This document shows, in pieces, positions 29,188-39,045 of a DNA stretch of 64,000 nt. The position numbers and the translations under genes were made by a program. Under the pieces are notes generated by a model. That model ran no database searches. It was not told the DNA's origin and saw only the letters and a program-made list of their open reading frames with translations. Numbering within the stretch: position 1 is the first letter of the stretch; each line of letters begins with the position of its first letter. This stretch comes from a virus. Its lineage: Duplodnaviria > Caudoviricetes. The DNA lies in IMG/VR virus record IMGVR_UViG_3300010882_000012; one strand, given 5' to 3'.

Positions 29188-29576
29188 TAACACTATTTCT
29201 CATCTTATTATTACTAATTACAGCTCATTTTGTAGCAGATTTTTGCGATTTTGTTTATGGTGGTCTCTACAAGAAAATTTTAGTTGCAAAAATTGAGTAC
29301 AAAAATCTTTATTGGCTTTACATTCATGGATTAGTTAATGGACTTGTCTATGGACTTATAGCAGCTTTGTTTGTCCCCATAATTTCATGGATAGTTTTAG
29401 GTGTAATCCTAATCGAAACTTTAACACATGGAGCAATAGATCATGGAAAATCTTGGATTTATCGAAAGTACAATTTATCATACATGAACAAAGGATACTG
29501 GATTTTCTTGGGCGTTGACCAATTGTTACATTACATTGTAATTTTAGGATTAGGATTCTTAATTTTTCTTGGATAG
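29184..29576 (+). CDS. Membrane protein (DUF3307-like)
   Basis: [25 protein letters not shown]. Confidence 0.75.
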   Translation: MITLFLILLLLITAHFVADFCDFVYGGLYKKILVAKIEYKNLYWLYIHGLVNGLVYGLIAALFVPIISWIVLGVILIETLTHGAIDHGKSWIYRKYNLSYMNKGYWIFLGVDQLLHYIVILGLGFLIFLG

Positions 29577-29600
29577 CTAAAACTTTTTTGTATAATAAAT

Positions 29601-30644
29601 TTAAAAATTTTCTACTAATATTTCTTTCCCGTTTTTTTCATAAATATACCAACGATAATTATATCCTAAATTTATACATGCATCCTTTTTAAGGATGCAT
29701 TTTTCTTTTTCTATATTAAAAGTTCTTGTAGATTTTGTTTCTATAATTAAATTATCTTTAGGTATAAAAAAATCAGGTCTATAATAATGAATTATATTAT
29801 TTTGAAGATAAGTTATTGGTCCTGTTAATTTAAAAATTTCTTTATCTTTTATAATTATTTCTTCTTCTTTATAAATTTTTAATAAAGAATTTAAAGTATA
29901 ATTTTCATATCCTTGTAAAGTTATTTCTTTTTTGGATGGTAAAATATAATTTTTTCTATAATAAGAACTTTTTTGTTGTTTTTCAAAAATATCTATATTT
30001 TGCATAGGATTTTCTACTCCTAAATTTTTAAAAAAAGTTTGTTTTGCTTTATTATAAATTTTTTCTTTTTCTTCCTTTGATCTATTTTCCCAAATTTCCT
30101 GTAACATTTTGCTAAATTCTTTTGTTTGTGAATATGTTTTAACTCCATATTTTTCTAAACAAGTTTTTTCTGAATTATCTTTTTTCTGTTGTGATTGAGA
30201 AGTGAATTCTACACCATATTTTTTTAAGCATGTTTGCTTTCCTTTTTCTTTACATTTTTCAGCTTGAAATGTATTTTTAACTCCATATAATTTAAATATA
30301 GTTTGTTCTTTTTTAATAATATATTCTTTATCATTTACCATACATTTAATAGAACACCAAGTAGCAAATTCTCCTTTATTTCTATTCCATGAAGTAATTT
30401 TTCCACATTTTTTACAATATGGTTTTAAATTAAACATAATTATAAAAGCTCTACCAATATAAGGTATTTCTTCTTTGAATTTAGAAGTATATTTTAAAAT
30501 TAAATTTTTTAATTTTTCAGAATTACCTATAGTAGATCTTAATGAAGATCTTGATTTTTTATTTAAAATTTCTAACATAAAATTTTTACATTCATTTTTA
30601 GATTTTATATTTTCAATTTTAATAGTATTTTCATTTTTCAACAT
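29601..30644 (-). CDS. Putative homing endonuclease (KYGV repeats plus PD-(D/E)xK domain)
   Basis: CKKC...CSIKC, KYGV repeats, QGYE, PDFFIP...IIETKS; antisense to neighbours, very AT-rich. Confidence 0.78.
   Translation of the reverse strand: MLKNENTIKIENIKSKNECKNFMLEILNKKSRSSLRSTIGNSEKLKNLILKYTSKFKEEIPYIGRAFIIMFNLKPYCKKCGKITSWNRNKGEFATWCSIKCMVNDKEYIIKKEQTIFKLYGVKNTFQAEKCKEKGKQTCLKKYGVEFTSQSQQKKDNSEKTCLEKYGVKTYSQTKEFSKMLQEIWENRSKEEKEKIYNKAKQTFFKNLGVENPMQNIDIFEKQQKSSYYRKNYILPSKKEITLQGYENYTLNSLLKIYKEEEIIIKDKEIFKLTGPITYLQNNIIHYYRPDFFIPKDNLIIETKSTRTFNIEKEKCILKKDACINLGYNYRWYIYEKNGKEILVENF
29678..29710 (+). terminator. Terminator-like hairpin inside the antisense endonuclease gene
   Basis: ATGCATCCTT-TTT-AAGGATGCAT perfect 10-bp stem followed by TTTTCTTTTT. 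Confidence 0.5.
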
Positions 30645-30676
30645 ATATTCTTGTTTATAATATATTCATATTTTAT

Positions 30677-30705
30677 AAAACTTTTTTTAACTTTTGTATA
30701 ATAAT
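30677..30705 (+). promoter_or_regulatory. Putative middle-class promoter
   Basis: AAAACTTTT-N13-TAATAAT. Confidence 0.6.
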
Positions 30706-30765
30706 TAAACTTTAATTGCAATTTTTTATGAATTGCTTTTCTTGATTTAAAATGACTTTTATGTT

Positions 30766-32580
30766 TTGGAAGAAAAACAAAATATACCTTCAAAAGAAAT
30801 TATTGCACTTTCTGATTTTGAATTTGTCCAAATTCGCCCGGCGATTTATATAGGTTCTTTAGATATTATACCAGAAAAAGTTAGAATCATCAAAAATAAC
30901 ACAATTGAAGATGCAACCAAAGAAATTTCAACCGGTTTTTACAAACTGATGAATGAAGTTCTTGATAATGCTTTTGATGAAGCTAAAAGAATGAATGGTA
31001 AAATGGAAAAAATTACCATTTCTTTTGATTCGCAAACAAAAAGAGTTACTGTTACTGATACAGGTAATGGTTTTCACAAGGGAACAGAAATTAATGATAA
31101 AACAGGTCTTAATAATATTGAGACTGCTTTAACTATTCTTAGAGCTGGTTCTAATTTTAAAAACGAGGAACTTGATGAAACTATTTTAGGAACTCATGGA
31201 ATTGGTGCAAGTGTTGTTAACATGCTTTCAGATGAGTTTGAAATTCACACAATTAATGATAAGCATAATTACAAGCAAGTTTGGAAGCAATTCAAAACAG
31301 TAGTAAAGGAAGAAAAAAAGAAAAAATCGACAGACCAAAAAGGTACAATAATTTCTTTCATTCCAAGAGTTGACAAATTTAAAAAATGTCAATGGGATTT
31401 TGATTACATCGAAGCACAGATGATTTTCAAGGATTACATCCGTAAAAATGATCCAATTTTATCAAAAGTAAAGTTTGAAGTTTATTGTGATGGTAAGCTT
31501 TTGAATCTTAACAAACCATTCATTCCTTACGAAAGTTTTACTATTGATACTAAGATAGGACGCTTTATTCTTTGGGAACATCGAGAAGATGGAACTAAGA
31601 TGACTTCTTTTATTAACACGGCACTTTGTAATGGTATTCACCAAACAATAATGCAAGATGTTCTAAATGAGCTCTTTGACTACAAAGGTGCTCATGCTTA
31701 TTATGATTTTTTCTTTATGCTAAATCTCCCCCCAAAACATGTGAGATTTGGTGACCAAAACAAAACTCAGTACAAAGTTAGTAGATGGGAAATTGAACCT
31801 ATTCTAGAAAAGCACTTTTTTAAAGAATTGAAAAAGGATTTTACCAAAACTGAAATGTTTAAACGGATTAAACAACGGATTAAAGAGAAGAATGAAATTG
31901 AAGAGATGTCCGGTTTAAAGAAAGCAATTCGCAATAAAGGTAAAAAAGCAATTTCAGAAAAGTACATCCCGCCTACGGACAGAAAAGACAGTCTTTTCAT
32001 TTGTGAAGGACTATCAGCTGCCGGAAGTTTAGCTTTGAAACGAAATCCACTAAATGATGGGATTTATGCTTTGAAAGGAAAGGTAAAGAATACTAGGTCC
32101 ATAGGAGATTTAAGCAAAAATGCAGAAATTGTAGATTTGATTAACATCTTGGGACTTGAAATTGGTAAAACCAAATGCGATTATTCCAAAATTATTATCA
32201 GTTGTGATGCAGATCCGGATGGACACCATATTGCAACTTTAATTATCAACTTTTTCTTTAAATGGTTTAGGTTTATCATAGAACAAGAAAAACTTTTCAT
32301 TTTGATAACACCGTTAGTTTCTGTGGAAGTAAACAAGAAGCGCAAGTACTTCTATGCACTGAAAGACTTTGTAGAATACCAAAAAACTACATCTGAAAAG
32401 TTTTCGAATATCCGGTATTTGAAAGGATTAGGTTCACTCGCAGCTCAAGACTGGGAAATCATAATGAACAAACGAGATTGTTTTAAAGTAACTAATGATA
32501 AACAGGCAGAAAAATATCTTGAAATTGCTTTTGGAAAATCGGCAGGATTAAGAAAAAATTGGATGGAAGGTAAGCAATAA
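30766..32580 (+). CDS. gp39: Type II topoisomerase ATPase/TOPRIM subunit (gp39+gp60 fused)
   Basis: EVLDNAFDE, DTGNG, AGSNF, HGIGA, EGLSA, DADPDG, YLKGLG. Confidence 0.93.
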   Translation: MEEKQNIPSKEIIALSDFEFVQIRPAIYIGSLDIIPEKVRIIKNNTIEDATKEISTGFYKLMNEVLDNAFDEAKRMNGKMEKITISFDSQTKRVTVTDTGNGFHKGTEINDKTGLNNIETALTILRAGSNFKNEELDETILGTHGIGASVVNMLSDEFEIHTINDKHNYKQVWKQFKTVVKEEKKKKSTDQKGTIISFIPRVDKFKKCQWDFDYIEAQMIFKDYIRKNDPILSKVKFEVYCDGKLLNLNKPFIPYESFTIDTKIGRFILWEHREDGTKMTSFINTALCNGIHQTIMQDVLNELFDYKGAHAYYDFFFMLNLPPKHVRFGDQNKTQYKVSRWEIEPILEKHFFKELKKDFTKTEMFKRIKQRIKEKNEIEEMSGLKKAIRNKGKKAISEKYIPPTDRKDSLFICEGLSAAGSLALKRNPLNDGIYALKGKVKNTRSIGDLSKNAEIVDLINILGLEIGKTKCDYSKIIISCDADPDGHHIATLIINFFFKWFRFIIEQEKLFILITPLVSVEVNKKRKYFYALKDFVEYQKTTSEKFSNIRYLKGLGSLAAQDWEIIMNKRDCFKVTNDKQAEKYLEIAFGKSAGLRKNWMEGKQ

Positions 32581-34004
32581 TGAAGACAGTAAAAGAAACA
32601 AAGGTAAAATCAAAGATAATCAAACTTAATGTCAGTTCTCAAGTTGATGTTAATTTCCGTGAGTATGCACTTTACGTTTTAGAGAATAGAGGAATTCCAG
32701 ATTGGCATGATTCAATTAATAATGTGCAAAGAATTATCCTTAATAATGCAAAACCATCTTATGATAAAACTTTAACACTCGTAGGTAGCTGTATTTCGGA
32801 TGGATACCATCATGGAGATTCTTCAGTTGGTGGTGCTATTAACAAAATTACGCGTCCATTTGGTTGTGCCGAGCAACTTTTACTCGGTGATGGATTTTTT
32901 GGTTCTCCTTACAAACATGAACCTGCGGCGCCTCGTTACACTTCTGTAAAAATCAATCCTGATATTTCAAAAATCATTAAAGAGAATGGATTTCTTAATA
33001 CTAAAGATGATGAAGGAAAGTACAATCCATTACATGTGAATTTACCTGTTGGACTTGCTACTTTTGTAATTGGTATTGCAGTTGGTTACAGTTCTACTAT
33101 TTTACCTCGTAATCTAGATGATATCAAAAAGTTCTTAGAAGGGAAGAAAAAAGAAGTAAAACCATACTTTAAAAATTTTAAAGGAACTATCAAAAGATAT
33201 CAAAATCTTGATAAAACTTGGCTTATTGAAGGAGCTGTAGAGTACGATGATTTTCGTCAACGAATTTCAATAACAGATTTACCTCCTATTATGAAACCAG
33301 CGAATTTCATTAAGAAGCTAGAAAAAATTATTGACGACCATAATGGTAAGTGTGTACTAACTAACAAATCCTCTGAGAATATCGATTTAACCATTAGATT
33401 TACCGGTTTTAAGAATGAATGGGACCATTTCAAAACTATGATTGCTAAAGCAACAAAAATTTTAGTAACCGAAACACCCGTATTTGTGAAAGATGGTTTA
33501 GTAATTCAGTATGATAAAATTGAAGACTATCTTACTGATTTCAAGTACAGAATTGGCGAGATTGCTTTTAAAAGAACAGAATACTTTTACAATGAAACAT
33601 GTTTTGATTTAGAATACAATAAAGCAAAGAAAGAGTATTTTGAGTTCATGTTAAAACAGAAAAGAAAAGAAGAAGAAGTTGTTGAATTTTTAAAAAAATT
33701 TAGCAAACAGATAGCAGGAAAACTTAATGCAATCTTTTTACACTACCTTAACAACGAAGAACTTGCAAGAACTATTGAAAAAATTAAGGAACTTGAACTT
33801 TTGAAAAAAGAAAGAAAAAAACTGATGGATGATGAAAAAAAGATTTTCTCTAAATTAGTTGATGTTTCAATTGCTAGAGGTATTAAGAATAAAGCTGTAA
33901 AGAATCTTTTTGATGAAATGAGTGATGTAGATGGTATTGAGTTTTTTAATGCAGAAGATGATTTAGAAATTCAAGAAGAACAAGATACGGAAGAACATGA
34001 TTGA
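32580..34004 (+). CDS. gp52: Type II topoisomerase breakage-reunion subunit
   Basis: RGIP, YHHGD, AAPRY (catalytic Tyr), GIAVGY. Confidence 0.92.
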   Translation: MKTVKETKVKSKIIKLNVSSQVDVNFREYALYVLENRGIPDWHDSINNVQRIILNNAKPSYDKTLTLVGSCISDGYHHGDSSVGGAINKITRPFGCAEQLLLGDGFFGSPYKHEPAAPRYTSVKINPDISKIIKENGFLNTKDDEGKYNPLHVNLPVGLATFVIGIAVGYSSTILPRNLDDIKKFLEGKKKEVKPYFKNFKGTIKRYQNLDKTWLIEGAVEYDDFRQRISITDLPPIMKPANFIKKLEKIIDDHNGKCVLTNKSSENIDLTIRFTGFKNEWDHFKTMIAKATKILVTETPVFVKDGLVIQYDKIEDYLTDFKYRIGEIAFKRTEYFYNETCFDLEYNKAKKEYFEFMLKQKRKEEEVVEFLKKFSKQIAGKLNAIFLHYLNNEELARTIEKIKELELLKKERKKLMDDEKKIFSKLVDVSIARGIKNKAVKNLFDEMSDVDGIEFFNAEDDLEIQEEQDTEEHD

Positions 34005-34176
34005 TGAAGAAATGTTAAAAAAGGCTCTAGGACCTAACGGATATCAAGAATGGATGAATCGATTTGTTTTTATTAAACCGGAAACTAACAAGGAAAAAGA
34101 GTTTTTTGATAATCAAACAGAAAAGTATTGTCAAGAAATTAACAAAAAATGTGCAAAAACAATTTTAAGATACTAA
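33997..34176 (+). CDS. 59-aa hypothetical protein (not in ORF track)
   Basis: MIDEEMLKKALGPNGYQEWMNRF...ILRY fills the gap and overlaps the gp52 stop. Confidence 0.55.
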   Translation: MIDEEMLKKALGPNGYQEWMNRFVFIKPETNKEKEFFDNQTEKYCQEINKKCAKTILRY

Positions 34177-34192
34177 AAACAACTAAGATAAA

Positions 34193-34693
34193 ATGAAAAA
34201 TCTAAAACCAAAAAGAGTAATTTCAAGTAGAGATTATCCGGAATATGGAAACAATTGTCCAGATTCAGATTGGCAGGCAGCACGACTCTTTAATGAACAT
34301 CCTGAATTTGATATTAAATCAAAGCCATACAAATTCAAAGGATTAGTAAAAACTAACACAAGATCTCATGGTTGGCATGTAGAATTTAATGGTGAGTACT
34401 TTATTGTATTGCAGCATAGAATGTATGGAGCAAGCGAGTATGTTTCTGTTTTTTACACTAACTCAAAACAAGATTTTGATGGTAGTTGTAGACCAATTAA
34501 AAGATTTGCAACTATGATTGATATTGAAACAGTTGCAGATGACTTTTTTGCTAACTATGAACAGTATGCTAAAGAATTCAGAGATGAATTAGATAAAGAA
34601 AAAGAACAAAAAGAATTAGAAAAACAGAAAAAGTATGAAGAGTACTTAAAGACAAAAAAGCATGAAAATCATGCAAAACTTTTGCAAAATTAG
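34193..34693 (+). CDS. Hypothetical protein
   Basis: Packed ORF. Confidence 0.6.
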   Translation: MKNLKPKRVISSRDYPEYGNNCPDSDWQAARLFNEHPEFDIKSKPYKFKGLVKTNTRSHGWHVEFNGEYFIVLQHRMYGASEYVSVFYTNSKQDFDGSCRPIKRFATMIDIETVADDFFANYEQYAKEFRDELDKEKEQKELEKQKKYEEYLKTKKHENHAKLLQN

Positions 34694-34703
34694 GCATAAA
34701 AAT
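34675..34703 (+). promoter_or_regulatory. Putative middle-class promoter
   Basis: AAAACTTTT-N13-TAAAAAT. Confidence 0.55.
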
Positions 34704-34723
34704 TAAAATTAAAATACTAGAAA

Positions 34724-35476
34724 ATGGCACAGAACTTAAATTTAAAGATCAGTAAAGCAGCTAAATTAATTAACTTTTTAAACAAATTCTCACCTATTGA
34801 TAATTCTTTGTTAATAGAAATGAATGAAACTGAAATGAAAGCAAAAAATTACACCGTTGAAAAAGCGTTAGTAAAGTATTCAGCAATTCCATTATCTGAA
34901 ATTTTTTCAGAATACTCTGAAATTAAAGGAGATTTAAAATTTGGAGTTCATAACATCAAAAGGTTGGTAGAAACTTGCAAATTTTTCGGAGATACTGAAT
35001 TTGATATGACACTTGAATGTAGTAAAATCAATGGAGAAACAATTGGAACTTTAATCGTTTTTAAAAATTCAATTTTAACTCTTGAATTTCAATGTGCGCC
35101 CTTAAAATTGCTTAATTATGTTGATGATAATACTTTAAACAAAAAAGTATTCGGTGATTTGACTAATGCAAAAGTAGAGTTTGCACTTTCAAAAGAAAAT
35201 TATGGTAAAGTTCTTTCACTCTTCAAACTTGAAGATACACCAAAAGTTACTTTCGTAAAGAAAGGAAAGAAAGTTACTATCAAAGGTTCTTCTTTTGAAA
35301 TTCTTGTGGTTGAAGATGATAATTTGAAAACTTTACCAGATCATTCATTATCTACTTTGAAAACTCACTATGGATACTTAGACAATGAAAACCAAGATGC
35401 TTACTTGATGGATGATAGAATAGTTTTCATTTCAAAAGAAAGTGATACTAAAATTACTATCGGAGAAGCAGACTAA
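34724..35476 (+). CDS. Probable sliding clamp (gp45-like)
   Basis: 250 aa; FLNKFSPIDNSLLI and FGVHNIKRL resemble gp45; lies upstream of polymerase subunit. Confidence 0.6.
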   Translation: MAQNLNLKISKAAKLINFLNKFSPIDNSLLIEMNETEMKAKNYTVEKALVKYSAIPLSEIFSEYSEIKGDLKFGVHNIKRLVETCKFFGDTEFDMTLECSKINGETIGTLIVFKNSILTLEFQCAPLKLLNYVDDNTLNKKVFGDLTNAKVEFALSKENYGKVLSLFKLEDTPKVTFVKKGKKVTIKGSSFEILVVEDDNLKTLPDHSLSTLKTHYGYLDNENQDAYLMDDRIVFISKESDTKITIGEAD

Positions 35477-36129
35477 TGATAGCAATAACACCTCCTGTTT
35501 CAGTCAGAGAGTTAAACCGATACACAATTTGGATGACTCGAAGAAAAATTGAGTATCGAATTTTAGAACATGATGAATTTTTGCAAAAAGATGATGTTTT
35601 AATGTTGTGTGGAGGTTCTGATTTTGGAACTAACAAAGAAAGAGATAGAAGAGAACTTGAATTATTACATCAAGCATTTGAATGGCATATTCCAATTGTA
35701 GGAATATGCAGAGGAATGCAGGTTTGTAATATTGCAATGGGAGGAACAGTAAAGGACCTCAATGAAACAGGTTGTAAAACACATCAAGAAGTTGCAGCAA
35801 CTATTGGAGATTCAGCAACTGATAAAATGAAACAATCTAAATTTCATGAGGTCCATATTATTAAATCATGGGGGCGAGATTCTAATCAAAGATTAGGTTC
35901 TAGAATAACAGTAAATTCAAGACATCATCAAATGATAGATTTGCTAGCACCTAATTTGCAACTTGATGGATACTGTGTTGGTGATGATGTTCCTGAAATT
36001 GCACTTAATAATTCAATTAGATTGGTACAATGGCACCCAGAATTTGATGAAGTCTATGATAGTGATTGTGAAATTTACGTTAGTAATTGGATAAAAGAAA
36101 AAATTAAAGAACAGAATGATAGAAGTTAA
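35476..36129 (+). CDS. Class I glutamine amidotransferase-like / peptidase C26
   Basis: GGSD, GICRGMQ, VNSRHHQ, VQWHPE. Confidence 0.88.
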   Translation: MIAITPPVSVRELNRYTIWMTRRKIEYRILEHDEFLQKDDVLMLCGGSDFGTNKERDRRELELLHQAFEWHIPIVGICRGMQVCNIAMGGTVKDLNETGCKTHQEVAATIGDSATDKMKQSKFHEVHIIKSWGRDSNQRLGSRITVNSRHHQMIDLLAPNLQLDGYCVGDDVPEIALNNSIRLVQWHPEFDEVYDSDCEIYVSNWIKEKIKEQNDRS

Positions 36130-37297
36130 AGAATTCAAGTTTGCTAAACTTAGTGAACAACCAACAATAGAAGAAATTGATAAAGAAATTAAAAGATTAG
36201 GAAAGCTTGAAAGAGACTATCATAATGAAGAACAAGCAATTAAGATTTTTTTGAATTCCATGTATGGTGCCTTAGCTAGCCAATACTTTATGGCAGCTAA
36301 TACTGATATGGCAGAAGCAATTACTTTACAAGGTCAAAATATCATCCAAACATCAGCCACTCTTTTGGATAATTACTTTAAGAATTTCTGGCATAAAGAT
36401 AAGGATCTTCACAAAAAATTAGGAATTACAAAAGTTGCTGAAGTTACTTGTGAAGTAGCCAAATATGGTGATACTGATTCAGTCTATGCTACTCTACAAG
36501 AAGCTTTTTTAGGAACAGACTATCAAAAAGAGCCATATCAATTTGTTCTTGATGTTTACGAATACAGGCTAAAAGATTATCTTCAAAAAGGAATGGAGAA
36601 ACTTGCAGAAAAGTACAATACAAAGAACATCCAGAAATTTGAACTTGAAACAATTTCTCGTTCTATGTTACTCATAGCTAAGAAAAAGTACATCCTTGAT
36701 ATTGCTTGGCAGGCTCCTGATATTTTCTATGGTCCTCAACAAAAGATTAAACCAAAAGGAGTTGAAATTGTACAGTCTTCAACACCGATTTTCTCTCGTA
36801 AAATCCTTAAAGACATCCTTAAAGTTATCTTGACTGAAAAAAAAGATTTGAATGTTAAAGAATTCATTAAACAACTACGAGTGTATAAAGAGAAATTTTT
36901 AACATCTGAAATTAGTGATATTGCTTTACAGGCGGGAATTAATGACTATGCTAAAGGAATCGCAAATGATACTGAAAAATTTGAAGTTAATTCAAGATGT
37001 CCAATTTATGTTAGAGCAGCAGGATATTACAACTATTTGATTAACAATAATCCTAAACTAAAGAAAAAGTACTCTTTGATTAAAACGGGTGATAAAGTAA
37101 AATTCTACTATTCAACAGACCATTTTTGTAATGTTTTTGCTTTTCCGGTTGGTCAGTGGTGTCCAGAAATTGCACCGTCAATTGATTATGATGCTCATTT
37201 TCAAAGAGTATTGTTAGATGCAGTAAACCGATTAATAAAACCATTAGGATTTCCTGGATTTGATTCAGACCTCATTATTTCGAAAAAACTTTTTTAA
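36116..37297 (+). CDS. gp43: Family B DNA polymerase, C-terminal subunit (motifs B and C, thumb)
   Basis: KIFLNSMYG, ITLQGQ, YGDTDS, KKKY, KGVE. Confidence 0.92.
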   Translation: MIEVKEFKFAKLSEQPTIEEIDKEIKRLGKLERDYHNEEQAIKIFLNSMYGALASQYFMAANTDMAEAITLQGQNIIQTSATLLDNYFKNFWHKDKDLHKKLGITKVAEVTCEVAKYGDTDSVYATLQEAFLGTDYQKEPYQFVLDVYEYRLKDYLQKGMEKLAEKYNTKNIQKFELETISRSMLLIAKKKYILDIAWQAPDIFYGPQQKIKPKGVEIVQSSTPIFSRKILKDILKVILTEKKDLNVKEFIKQLRVYKEKFLTSEISDIALQAGINDYAKGIANDTEKFEVNSRCPIYVRAAGYYNYLINNNPKLKKKYSLIKTGDKVKFYYSTDHFCNVFAFPVGQWCPEIAPSIDYDAHFQRVLLDAVNRLIKPLGFPGFDSDLIISKKLF

Positions 37298-37313
37298 AAT
37301 AACAACAATAGTA

Positions 37314-37493
37314 ATGGAAGTTACAAAACATGGATCATGGTATGAGAAAAAAGTTGATAATAAATGCTCTAAATGTGGGTGTGAATTCACAGTAGATGTA
37401 AAAGAACTTACCGTAGTTAATTGTTATCATGACATCATAACATTTTCAATAGACTGTCCGGAATGTGGCAAGAAAATGCTATTCCAATCTTAA
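37314..37493 (+). CDS. Small Zn-ribbon protein (likely start ATG 37314)
   Basis: CSKCGC...CPECG. Confidence 0.6.
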   Translation: MEVTKHGSWYEKKVDNKCSKCGCEFTVDVKELTVVNCYHDIITFSIDCPECGKKMLFQS

Positions 37494-37508
37494 AAATAGT
37501 CAAAATTA

Positions 37509-37814
37509 ATGGCAAAAAAAGAATCATCTCTAAAAAGTGAGATGTCATTTATAGAACTTGATAATTTACTTTCAAAAGTAGATCCAAGAGGCTCAATATC
37601 AACAATTAACACTTTCTCTAAAATAGACGATTTCATAGATACTGGTAACTATCTGTTTAATGCTCAGATATCCGGGAGTTTATTTGGTGGTATACCGAAT
37701 TGTAGAACAGTTGCATTAGCAGGAGAAACTGGCTGTGTAGCTAAGTCTCAAAAAATACGAGTATATAGATTAAAGAGTATATCAAATGGATTCCACAATG
37801 TTATTATTGAATGA
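37509..37814 (+). CDS. uvsX: UvsX/RecA N-terminal fragment fused to 26-aa N-intein
   Basis: IDTGNYLFNAQISGSLFGGIP...AGETG|CVAKSQKIRV; intein Cys codon at 37734. Confidence 0.88.
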   Translation: MAKKESSLKSEMSFIELDNLLSKVDPRGSISTINTFSKIDDFIDTGNYLFNAQISGSLFGGIPNCRTVALAGETGCVAKSQKIRVYRLKSISNGFHNVIIE

Positions 37815-39045
37815 GTTGTTTTTTACTAAAGTACCAAAACTTTCTAGAAAGTACAAACTTTTAGAAAATCCAAGGTCTAAAAAAGAAATGCTAAAAATTT
37901 TACAAAATAGTTACAGTTATTCTAAAAATCCAGTAATTACTATTGTAGAAAATCATTATAATGATTATCTTAAAAAGTTTTTAGAATTTCATGAAAGTAA
38001 AACTAAGGTAAGCAAAGGAATGTGTAATCTTCCACAGCAAATTTTTTCATTCTGGGAAACGCATAATACAAGAATAAACTTTTACATTTGCAGGGGCTAT
38101 ACAGAAGAAGAATCTTTACATTTAAGAGGCATTAGACAATCAACAATGAACAATAATACACAAGAAAAAGTTGAAAAACGTAAAAAGACGATGGAATTAA
38201 AATCTCCGGAAGAACAAAATCGGATTAATAATGCAAAAGGAAATTGTAATAGATGGGAATGGTATTTAGATAAGATTAATTCTATAACTGGTGAAGTTTT
38301 TACAGAATTAGAAGCAAGAGAAAAAGTTAGATTAAAACAACAAAAAGCTACATTAGGATTATGGAAAAAGGTAAAAAATGGTGAAATTGAGTATTATACA
38401 AATTGTAATGTTAATTTTTACATCAAGTATAAAGGATTGAATTATGATGAAGCAGTACAAGAATTAACAAAAAGACAAGAAACGTTTTCATTAGAAGTTT
38501 GTATTGAAAAATATGGTAAAGAAGAAGGTATAAAAAGATGGGAAAGACGTCAGAAAAAATGGCAAGAAACTATGGATACTAAATCTGATGAAGAAAAAAA
38601 GCGTATAAACATTGCTAAAACTAGAAAATTACCAAGATTTTCTAAATCATCGGCAGATCTTTTTGATTTAGTATTAGGAGACGGATTATTTACAAATTAT
38701 GACGTTTATTACAAAGATAAAGAGTACTTTGTTTATGATAATGAAAAAAAGAGGATTTTTTATTATGATTTTGTTATACCAGAATTAAAAGTTTGTATTG
38801 AATATCAAGGTATAACATATCATCCTCATCCTAATTTAACAGAAAATGAGAAACAAAAATGGATAGAACCATATAGTAAGTTAAATTATTGGGAATGTCA
38901 AAAATTTGACAATTATAAAAACAATCTTATAATAACAAAGGGATATGATTTGTTAATAGTATGGGAAACTGATAAAAACAAGTTTGAAACTATCCGTACA
39001 TTTTTAAAAACAAAAAAAGACGAATATGAACGAATTACAAATTAA
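37786..39045 (+). CDS. Free-standing putative homing endonuclease (Vsr-like C-terminal domain) between uvsX halves
   Basis: TFSLEVCIEKYG, YDF...IEYQGITYH...LLIVWE. Confidence 0.8.
   Translation: MDSTMLLLNELFFTKVPKLSRKYKLLENPRSKKEMLKILQNSYSYSKNPVITIVENHYNDYLKKFLEFHESKTKVSKGMCNLPQQIFSFWETHNTRINFYICRGYTEEESLHLRGIRQSTMNNNTQEKVEKRKKTMELKSPEEQNRINNAKGNCNRWEWYLDKINSITGEVFTELEAREKVRLKQQKATLGLWKKVKNGEIEYYTNCNVNFYIKYKGLNYDEAVQELTKRQETFSLEVCIEKYGKEEGIKRWERRQKKWQETMDTKSDEEKKRINIAKTRKLPRFSKSSADLFDLVLGDGLFTNYDVYYKDKEYFVYDNEKKRIFYYDFVIPELKVCIEYQGITYHPHPNLTENEKQKWIEPYSKLNYWECQKFDNYKNNLIITKGYDLLIVWETDKNKFETIRTFLKTKKDEYERITN

Noticed and set aside
30766-32580. T4 gene 60-type ribosomal bypass in topoisomerase
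   Set aside because: ATPase and TOPRIM regions are in one uninterrupted ORF
37285-37313. AAAACTTTT near the polymerase stop as a sixth middle promoter
   Set aside because: Explained by the KKLF codons; no matching downstream element at the 13-nt spacing
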